Positions 1 through 6,443 of a stretch of 64,000 nt of DNA are shown in pieces. Each line of letters opens with the position of its first letter. The first letter of the stretch is position 1. The stretch is from the IMG/VR virus record IMGVR_UViG_3300002835_000169, positions 1,061 to 65,060 of that record. One strand, written 5' to 3'. The position numbers and the translations under genes are program-made. Source of the stretch: a virus (lineage: Duplodnaviria; Caudoviricetes). The notes under the pieces are model-generated. The model was not told the DNA's origin. It made no database searches and saw only the letters and a program-made list of their open reading frames with translations.

Positions 1-2
1 TG

Positions 3-137
3 TTAGGCGCAAGTATTCGTGGTGTATTAGAAAACAAAATGAACTCAACAAATGAAGCAACAGAATTATTTATTGCTGACTTTATGGAAACTTATTTAGC
101 AGGTACAACGGAAGAACAACTATGGGATACGGAATAG
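3..137 (+). CDS. 3' end of hypothetical protein (partial)
   Basis: Open frame from the window edge, ending ...TEEQLWDTE-TAG(135-137). Confidence 0.7.
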   Translation, partial: LGASIRGVLENKMNSTNEATELFIADFMETYLAGTTEEQLWDTE

Positions 138-142
138 GAACA

Positions 143-469
143 ATGAGAACAGTAAAAGAAATTATCCACATTCTCTCTGCGCTTAACCAAGACGATAAGA
201 TTTGGGCAATTTGGGTTGATAAGAATGAGTTAATAGACATCATTCAAGATACCGACTACACAGATAGTGACGGCAACCCTATTGAACTAAATAAAGAACT
301 TATTAACAATGAGTTTCTTGATGATGTTATGTCTAGCGTTGATAGTGCTGACTATGTATGGGATAGGTTCAATGATGAACTAAGAGATGAAACAAGAACC
401 AAGTACGAACACATAATCAACAAAGTTGTTGAAGCAAAAGAAGATACAGACCTATGGGATAAGGAATAA
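143..469 (+). CDS. acidic hypothetical protein
   Basis: ORF 122..469; ATG143 preferred because it follows an AGGA SD; ends DTDLWDKE. Confidence 0.75.
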   Translation: MRTVKEIIHILSALNQDDKIWAIWVDKNELIDIIQDTDYTDSDGNPIELNKELINNEFLDDVMSSVDSADYVWDRFNDELRDETRTKYEHIINKVVEAKEDTDLWDKE

Positions 470-473
470 ATAA

Positions 474-911
474 ATGACAACACAACTAGAGATACAAAAA
501 GAAACAAGTATAAATGTAAGTGGCAATCTTTCTTTTTATTGTTATGTGACACTAAAAGATAGTGAGCAGATAATCATTGACATTGAAGAAACAGAATGGA
601 GAAACGGAAGTTACCAATCAACAGGTGTGATAAAGAAGTTTAGATTAGAGAAAATCTGTTATCAAAACTATGCTCGCCCCGAACACGATTGGGTCAATCT
701 TTATTCAATAGAGGTTCGTGGCTTTAGGAAAGATAAAGGTTTGCGATACAGAACAGACACCTTTCACAACCTAAGTCAATTAGTAATTGACCAAATCCCT
801 GACCACTATCACAACTACGCAAGGGAAGCGTTTGCTGAACAAGTAGTGAAACTACAAGAACGACTAACAACAATGACTAACAAAGGAGTATGCGTTGAAC
901 CTAGAAACTAA
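474..911 (+). CDS. hypothetical protein
   Basis: 145-aa ORF, AAGGA SD, tightly packed. Confidence 0.75.
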   Translation: MTTQLEIQKETSINVSGNLSFYCYVTLKDSEQIIIDIEETEWRNGSYQSTGVIKKFRLEKICYQNYARPEHDWVNLYSIEVRGFRKDKGLRYRTDTFHNLSQLVIDQIPDHYHNYAREAFAEQVVKLQERLTTMTNKGVCVEPRN

Positions 912-948
912 TTCCGCAGGGACAAAATCTAAGCGACTAACTAAAGGA

Positions 949-1551
949 ATGAAACAAGAGAAAGAACAAATCTTGGTTGGTACTAGAGTGCCTAAATCAG
1001 ATTTAACTTTGCCAAAAGAAGTTTCAGACATTCTTATTGGCTTGCCACTAGATGAACGCAGAGCGTATGTGTTTGAGTTACGCAAAGCAGGTTGGACACT
1101 TCAATCTTTGGCAACACCACTACACATAACAAGAGAGTCCGTTCGTCTTTACGGACTAAAAGAACCTACTGGTGAATTATTAGCAAAGGTGAAGCACTTA
1201 CCTATTGTTACACCGCCTGTAATAGAACTCTTTGTTGAAAGAGTAAAGCGTGTAAAGCCTGACCCACAGGTGATAGCGCAACTAAAAGAACTTCAACCTA
1301 AAGCGTTTATGGTTAGAGGCAAAGGTAAATCTAATCGTGAAGAAGCAGAACTTTATACACGACTTATCTATGAACTAATGGAGAGTGGCGTATCGGGTTA
1401 TCGCATAGCAAAAGAACTTGGGGTTACTCATAGTGCGCTGGCGTTTCGTTTAGTGCGTTACGGATACACAACAAGCAACGGAACTTCGCGTTCATACAGA
1501 AAACTAACTAACCGAAAGATAGAAGGAGAAGGAAATGCCGAACTGGTGTAG
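949..1551 (+). CDS. double helix-turn-helix DNA-binding protein
   Basis: Two HTH-like segments (GWTLQSLATPLHITRESVR; GVSGYRIAKELGVTHSAL); start uncertain (895 or 949). Confidence 0.7.
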   Translation: MKQEKEQILVGTRVPKSDLTLPKEVSDILIGLPLDERRAYVFELRKAGWTLQSLATPLHITRESVRLYGLKEPTGELLAKVKHLPIVTPPVIELFVERVKRVKPDPQVIAQLKELQPKAFMVRGKGKSNREEAELYTRLIYELMESGVSGYRIAKELGVTHSALAFRLVRYGYTTSNGTSRSYRKLTNRKIEGEGNAELV

Positions 1552-2152
1552 TAACGAATTAACAATAGAAGGTAGTCCTAAAGAACTTTCTAAACTAATA
1601 AAGAAAGTTGAGATTACTAAGTCAGAAGCAACAGAAACTCATTCTGAGTCAATCTTCTCTTGCCACAGAGTTATCCCAAGACCTATTGACCAAGAAGCAA
1701 ATTGGTACGAATGGAATGTCGCTAACTGGGGAAGCAAGTGGGACTTGAATGAGGTTCGCTTTGATGGGTCAGTAGAAGACAAAGTAATTGTTTATTCTTT
1801 TGAGAGTGCTTGGTCACCTGTTGTACCTGTGGTTGAAGCACTCGCAAAAGAGTTTAAGAAACTTTCTTTTACTTATACTTTCTATGAAACTGGTAGCGAC
1901 TACTGGGGCGAACAATCGTATAAAAAAGGAGAACTTATTAGTGACGAAAGCGGTGATACAAGTAGCGCAGGTTGCGAAAGACTTGAATACTTAATGGGTA
2001 GTCACCACTACTGCGCTGAGTGTTATGACCAAGTGGAGTGCTACGGAGATAAAACACCGAACCTTTGCGAAGATTGTTTAGCAAAAGATGATGAACAAGA
2101 AGTTTCTTTATGGGAAGGAGAAACAAATGTTAAAGATGTATCAGGTTTCTAG
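1535..2152 (+). CDS. DUF1281/YubB-like ferredoxin-like domain protein
   Basis: MPNWCSNEL N-terminus, WYEWNVANWGSKWD, FESAWSP motifs; C-terminal CxxC pairs. Confidence 0.75.
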   Translation: MPNWCSNELTIEGSPKELSKLIKKVEITKSEATETHSESIFSCHRVIPRPIDQEANWYEWNVANWGSKWDLNEVRFDGSVEDKVIVYSFESAWSPVVPVVEALAKEFKKLSFTYTFYETGSDYWGEQSYKKGELISDESGDTSSAGCERLEYLMGSHHYCAECYDQVECYGDKTPNLCEDCLAKDDEQEVSLWEGETNVKDVSGF

Positions 2153-2348
2153 TGGTGTCTATCAAACAAAAGACGACCTGTTTCGGATAAAGAAGATAGA
2201 CAACAACAAATGGAGTTGGTTCGTAAGAAGTGGCTCTGGTTGGATAGCAAAAGATAAAAGACAATACAAAACTAAAACTTGGTGCGAAAGATGTATTGAG
2301 GTTGAAAGTGGTTTTGTTTATGATGATGAAACACTATGGGAAGGGTAA
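2127..2348 (+). CDS. hypothetical protein
   Basis: ATG2127 after GAAGGAG; ends DETLWEG. Confidence 0.7.
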   Translation: MLKMYQVSSGVYQTKDDLFRIKKIDNNKWSWFVRSGSGWIAKDKRQYKTKTWCERCIEVESGFVYDDETLWEG

Positions 2349-2355
2349 AAGAAGA

Positions 2356-2544
2356 ATGGCAATTAAGTCGTACAAAGTAGAACTAACTACCGCGATTGCG
2401 GTAACGATAGACAATGACGAACACACCGCTAACAACTTGTGGGAAGTTATTGTGGGTAAAGCAAAGACACAGATGATAGACCAAGACCTCAACGATAAAA
2501 CTTATGTGTTGAAGGTTGTATCCGAAGTTACAGAAAGGGAATAA
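2356..2544 (+). CDS. hypothetical protein
   Basis: ATG2356 (MAIKSYKV) after GAAGGG. Confidence 0.65.
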   Translation: MAIKSYKVELTTAIAVTIDNDEHTANNLWEVIVGKAKTQMIDQDLNDKTYVLKVVSEVTERE

Positions 2545-2547
2545 AAA

Positions 2548-2700
2548 ATGGTACTAGACACAGGAACAATGATAGGAATGATTATCGCTCTCGTTGGCTC
2601 TCTCTCAGTAATGGGATTGTTTTGGAAAGAGAACATTCAGTTACAAAAGAAGGTTCGTATCCTTCAAGTAGCACTAAGAGATGAAAGGAGAAAGAAGTAA
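2548..2700 (+). CDS. 50-aa membrane-anchored coiled-coil protein
   Basis: Translated manually: MVLDTGTMIGMIIALVGSLSVMGLFWKENIQLQKKVRILQVALRDERRKK; AAGGGA SD. Confidence 0.7.
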   Translation: MVLDTGTMIGMIIALVGSLSVMGLFWKENIQLQKKVRILQVALRDERRKK

Positions 2701-2864
2701 TGGGAACACTATTCGTTCGTAAGATTACAGAAGCAGATGAACTATGGGTCTGCGATAACTGTAACCAACAAGGTGTCCGAGCAAATGGCAAAGACATTAT
2801 GGGTGCTAAAGAAGTTGTGATGTGGTTCTGTTACAACTGCGTAAGAAAAGTAACTGGGGTATGA
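2700..2864 (+). CDS. 54-aa zinc-ribbon protein
   Basis: TAATG overlap with the previous gene; CDNC...CYNC. Confidence 0.7.
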   Translation: MGTLFVRKITEADELWVCDNCNQQGVRANGKDIMGAKEVVMWFCYNCVRKVTGV

Positions 2865-3052
2865 AGTGCCAAGAGAAAACTGCTTACCCAACTAAATACA
2901 AAGCAGAAAAGGCTATGTCTTTGATTTGGAAAAATCATTGGCTAAATAACAATAGAAAGAAACCTTGTGCTACTTACAAATGCGAAATCTGCGGTAAGTG
3001 GCACTTAACAAGCCAAGCCCGAAGGGACAAAACAAATAGCACAAAGAACTAA
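2861..3052 (+). CDS. small Zn-finger protein
   Basis: ATGA overlap; C...YKCEICGKWHLTS. Confidence 0.7.
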   Translation: MKCQEKTAYPTKYKAEKAMSLIWKNHWLNNNRKKPCATYKCEICGKWHLTSQARRDKTNSTKN

Positions 3053-3629
3053 GACCTGTATTGGTTGTTACGAGGCACTACCACTAGCAAGGTTTAACAA
3101 GTTTCCGCAAGGTTCATACGGCAGACGAGCAAGGTGTAAGTCGTGCCAAGCAATTCAACGCAAAGGTTCTGCTGATAGAACGGCAAAACGATTAGCGTTG
3201 GAGTCACAAGGCAAAAGACAATGTAGCAAGTGCGGTAAGAAGAAAGCCTTATCTTCTTTCCAACTTGCTAAAAGACAAAACCGCCAAGCAACACGAAGCG
3301 GAGTATGTAAGCCTTGTGTAAGTGAAAGACAAAAGAACAATCATTTAACTAAGAACCAAGAGATAAGGTTGTTCGTCTATAACTACAAGAAGAAACACCC
3401 TTGTAAAGTATGCGGTGAAACTGATGTAGAGATGTTGGAGTTTGACCACATACACTCAAAGAAGTTTGACATTAGCAACGGAATAGCCAAAGGTGTAAGT
3501 ATGAACTTGCTAAAGAAGGAACTTGCTAAGTGTGTAGTGTTATGTTCCAATCACCACCGCAAGAAAACACACGCTGAACGCAACACTTGGATACACAGGC
3601 TCGCAAAAGAAGATACAAAAAGAAAATAA
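3036..3629 (+). CDS. HNH endonuclease with N-terminal Zn fingers
   Basis: CKVCG...LEFDHIH...KCVVLCSNHHR; frame open from 3009; proposed ATA start at 3036 (ORF track starts at TTG3198). Confidence 0.8.
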   Translation: MAQRTKTCIGCYEALPLARFNKFPQGSYGRRARCKSCQAIQRKGSADRTAKRLALESQGKRQCSKCGKKKALSSFQLAKRQNRQATRSGVCKPCVSERQKNNHLTKNQEIRLFVYNYKKKHPCKVCGETDVEMLEFDHIHSKKFDISNGIAKGVSMNLLKKELAKCVVLCSNHHRKKTHAERNTWIHRLAKEDTKRK

Positions 3630-3632
3630 ACT

Positions 3633-3676
3633 AAAGGGGGATAGATTGCCAACTGGCAACCTATCCCCCTTTTTTT
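3633..3676 (+). terminator. intrinsic terminator
   Basis: AAAGGGGGATAG...CTATCCCCCTTT stem followed by a T run. Confidence 0.85.
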
Positions 3677-3697
3677 GCGCCATAAGTTACTCGCTGG

Positions 3698-3709
3698 TAG
3701 GGTGTCCTT
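3698..3709 (+). promoter_or_regulatory. putative -10 for leaderless recombinase mRNA
   Basis: TAGGGT-N6-ATG, no SD. Confidence 0.5.
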
Positions 3710-5077
3710 ATGGCTTACGCAATCAAACGCAAAGGGCGATTTACCGCCTATTACCGCCAAGACGGAAAAGTCAAATCCGTAGGCACTTACTCATCTAGGG
3801 CTAAAGCACTTAACGCTGGATTACTTGCCGAAGAAGGCGAGTTTAATCTAATGCCCGAAAACCAAAAGACATTCAACACTTACTTAGAGCAATTAGCACT
3901 TTCACCCGACATCAGAGTAATCACCCGTAAGAACTACATCACCCTGCTAAAGAAGTATGCCCAACCTTCTTTAGGTTCTAAGCGCATCTCCGCAATTACC
4001 AAGAAAGACATTAAGGCATTGTTGGATAACCTCGCAAGCAAAGGGGTTAGCCCAAGCACACTCTCACACCTAAAGACTTCTTTAGGTTCTTTATTCAGGC
4101 TCGCCGTTGATGATGACGCAATAGCCACAAACCCAACCCACCGCATAAGACTAAGCACGCCCAAGCCTGACCCCACCTACACCCTAGAGCCTAAAGACTT
4201 TCAGGCTATCTTAAAGAACTTACCCACAGACGGAAGCGTTCTTTTAGCCCAGTTTCTCATAGCCTCTGGCTGCCGTTATGGGGAAGCCACAGAACTCAGA
4301 GTCAAAGACTTTAACTTCCAATCCAAAGAAGTCTATGTCAGGCGCACAGTTTCAGATGTTGGCTACGCATACCAGCCCGCAGGGACAAAGTCCGAGGGGA
4401 CAAGATTTCTTGTTGTTCCAGCAACAAAAAACGGCAACAAACGAACTGTTGTTCTGAGCTCAGCTCTAGTAGCAGAGATAAAGAAGTTTGTAAAGGCAAA
4501 AGCCTTAGCAAAAGAAGACCTGCTCTTCTCAAAGCACCTGGTTGAGAAGAGGAGTAAAATAGAAAGCCCTACCACAAGCGTAGTAGGGAAGCCTTACACC
4601 ATTGGAAGCAGGACATTCCAACACGCAACAGCGTATTCGTACAATGTGGGCGGTTGTAGGTGTCAGGTATGTAAGGAAGCGGTCAGGGAGTACCGCAATC
4701 ACTATAGAAAGGACAAGGGAAAGGGCAAGGTAGAAAGCCTTAGCAAAAGCGAAAGCCATAGCAAAAGCCATAGCAAAAGCGAAAGCCTTAGCAAAAGCCA
4801 TAGCAAAAGCCTTAGCAAAAGCGACGGACACCTACCTCGTGACAAGTGGCGAGCCATTTGGAACGAAGCCATCAACAAGTCAGGGATTGGTTGGTATCCA
4901 ACCACTCACGACCTACGGCACGCTAACGCTACCCAGTTGTTAAAGAACGGGGTAGATGTGCACGAGGTCAAAGAGCGGTTAGGTCACCAGTCAATCGTAA
5001 CTACGGAGAGATACCTGCATCGTATCCGCCACCAGCAGTCAAACGCAGCCGAGGTTGTGAATGACTATTTGGAGTGA
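3710..5077 (+). CDS. tyrosine recombinase/integrase with Zn-knuckle and Ser/Lys-repeat insertion
   Basis: Intact catalytic set: GCRYGE (R), TKNG (K), HDLRH, LGH, TERY. Confidence 0.92.
   Translation: MAYAIKRKGRFTAYYRQDGKVKSVGTYSSRAKALNAGLLAEEGEFNLMPENQKTFNTYLEQLALSPDIRVITRKNYITLLKKYAQPSLGSKRISAITKKDIKALLDNLASKGVSPSTLSHLKTSLGSLFRLAVDDDAIATNPTHRIRLSTPKPDPTYTLEPKDFQAILKNLPTDGSVLLAQFLIASGCRYGEATELRVKDFNFQSKEVYVRRTVSDVGYAYQPAGTKSEGTRFLVVPATKNGNKRTVVLSSALVAEIKKFVKAKALAKEDLLFSKHLVEKRSKIESPTTSVVGKPYTIGSRTFQHATAYSYNVGGCRCQVCKEAVREYRNHYRKDKGKGKVESLSKSESHSKSHSKSESLSKSHSKSLSKSDGHLPRDKWRAIWNEAINKSGIGWYPTTHDLRHANATQLLKNGVDVHEVKERLGHQSIVTTERYLHRIRHQQSNAAEVVNDYLE
4733..4822 (+). repeat. tandem array of six TAGCAAAAGC units
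   Basis: Copies at 4741, 4759, 4771, 4789, 4801, 4813 (spacing 18/12). Confidence 0.95.
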
Positions 5078-5079
5078 TT

Positions 5080-5604
5080 ATGAAACTAACAACAAAAGGA
5101 AAGATTGTGTTTGGGTCGTTGTTTACAGCGATGTTTTTGGCTTTAGGAATGGTGGTTTTACCACCAGCCCTTAGTCCAGAAAAAGCCGAAGCACAAGCAG
5201 TAGAGCAAGAAACGCAAGAAGATGTACTTTCCAAGTATGTCAATGCAGATGATTTAACTGACCCTCAGTTAGTTGAGTTACTGCAAGCCGTAGGCTTCAA
5301 AGGTCAAGACCTTAAAGAAGCGTGGGCTATTGCGATGAAAGAATCACACGGTAGCCCTCTATCTCACAACGGTAATCGTAAGACAGGAGACAACTCCTAC
5401 GGTCTATTCCAAATCAATATGATTGGTTCATTGGGAGATGCAAGAAGGGATAAGTTCAATTTGGCTTCAAATGCTGAACTGTTCAACCCTGTGGTAAATG
5501 CCCAAATCGCTTATTTTATGAGCGGTGGAGGTAAAGACTGGAGCGCGTGGAAAGGAACAGAGACTGACGTTGTAAAGCGTTGGTTAAAGAAGTTCCCTTC
5601 TTAA
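5080..5604 (+). CDS. exported lysozyme-like/transglycosylase (SLT-like) protein
   Basis: N-terminal hydrophobic segment; AWAIAMKES catalytic Glu, SYGLFQIN, LFNPVVNA, DWSAW. Confidence 0.85.
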   Translation: MKLTTKGKIVFGSLFTAMFLALGMVVLPPALSPEKAEAQAVEQETQEDVLSKYVNADDLTDPQLVELLQAVGFKGQDLKEAWAIAMKESHGSPLSHNGNRKTGDNSYGLFQINMIGSLGDARRDKFNLASNAELFNPVVNAQIAYFMSGGGKDWSAWKGTETDVVKRWLKKFPS

Positions 5605-5621
5605 GCATAAGTCGTAGCCAA

Positions 5622-5650
5622 AGCAAAAAGCAAAAGCCATAGCAAAAGCA
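5622..5650 (+). repeat. non-coding copy of the AGCAAAAGC motif
   Basis: AGCAAAAGCCATAGCAAAAGC (5629-5649) is identical to 4760-4780 and 4790-4810. Confidence 0.85.
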
Positions 5651-5661
5651 GGCGCATAATG

Positions 5662-5695
5662 GAAGCCCCCTCAGAAATGAGGGGGTTTTCTTTTT
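5662..5695 (+). terminator. intrinsic terminator
   Basis: AAGCCCCCTCA-GAAA-TGAGGGGGTTT plus T run. Confidence 0.9.
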
Positions 5696-5728
5696 GTGTT
5701 ACACTCAGAGAAGGAAAGGGGGTAGTAA

Positions 5729-5887
5729 ATGGCAAAGCATCACGACAAGGTTGCAGCAGCATTAGCAACCAGAATTGCAAATATGCCTAAAGGCGAAGGT
5801 TATAAGAAGCCTGGAAGTATGAATCCAAGAAAGACTGGATTTATGAGCATTAAGGCTAATGAAGCCAAACGGATTTTAAGTAAGTAA
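5729..5887 (+). CDS. 52-aa basic protein
   Basis: MAKHHDKVAAALATRIANMPKGEGYKKPGSMNPRKTG...; strong SD, upstream TGTTACACT extended -10. Confidence 0.75.
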   Translation: MAKHHDKVAAALATRIANMPKGEGYKKPGSMNPRKTGFMSIKANEAKRILSK

Positions 5888-5891
5888 GAAT

Positions 5892-5920
5892 AAGCCCTGA
5901 GAAATCAGGGCTTTTTCTTT
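5892..5920 (+). terminator. intrinsic terminator
   Basis: AAGCCCTGA-GAAA-TCAGGGCTT plus T run. Confidence 0.9.
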
Positions 5921-5932
5921 ATCCTTGTACTT

Positions 5933-6322
5933 ATGTCACTTCCATTAGCCACTTCATACCACGCAGGAGACCGTTCTTTTGAACGAGATGTAGACTATCG
6001 CCTTGCTTCAAATGTAGTAAAGAGTGGTCGTCAAACAACACAAGAAAATGGAAATATCCTTCACGAAGACCGTGACCCAGACAATATTGACCACGTAATT
6101 AAAGTGATTACCACTCCTCACCCAAAGAAGATTATTACAGTCATTAGAGATAAGACTCGCCCTTTTGCAGAAGAGAAAGCAAGAGCAAAAGCAGACAAAG
6201 CTGCAAAAGGAGAAGCAAAAGCAAAAGAAGATACAACCGCTGCTCGTAAAGCAGCACAGAAAGCAAGGAAACAAGCACGTTCTGCAGCGGCTAGTAACAA
6301 ACAGCCTAAAGGCAAGAAGTAA
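5933..6322 (+). CDS. DUF4258-like (putative RNase fold) protein with Lys/Ala tail
   Basis: HAxxRxxER...G...KIITVI pattern; leaderless TATCCT-N7-ATG. Confidence 0.55.
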   Translation: MSLPLATSYHAGDRSFERDVDYRLASNVVKSGRQTTQENGNILHEDRDPDNIDHVIKVITTPHPKKIITVIRDKTRPFAEEKARAKADKAAKGEAKAKEDTTAARKAAQKARKQARSAAASNKQPKGKK

Positions 6323-6358
6323 AAGAAGAAGCCCCCCAAATAACTGGGGGGCTTTTCT
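6321..6358. terminator. bidirectional terminator at the convergence of the two arms
   Basis: AAGCCCCCCA-AATAAC-TGGGGGGCTT with A-rich left and T-rich right flanks. Confidence 0.85.
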
Positions 6359-6443
6359 TAGTCTCTACACGAGTAACAAATACCGTCAGAAGATTCTTTT
6401 GGTAGTTCTTCAAACTCTTCAAAACATTGTAAGCACTTTGTTT

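Noticed and set aside
3684-3700. GTTACTCGCTGGTAG imperfect palindrome as attP or operator
   Set aside because: Single weak copy with no supporting context.
4733-4822. CRISPR-like array
   Set aside because: Units are 12-18 bp with no unique spacers; the Cas4-like gene is a stand-alone phage exonuclease.
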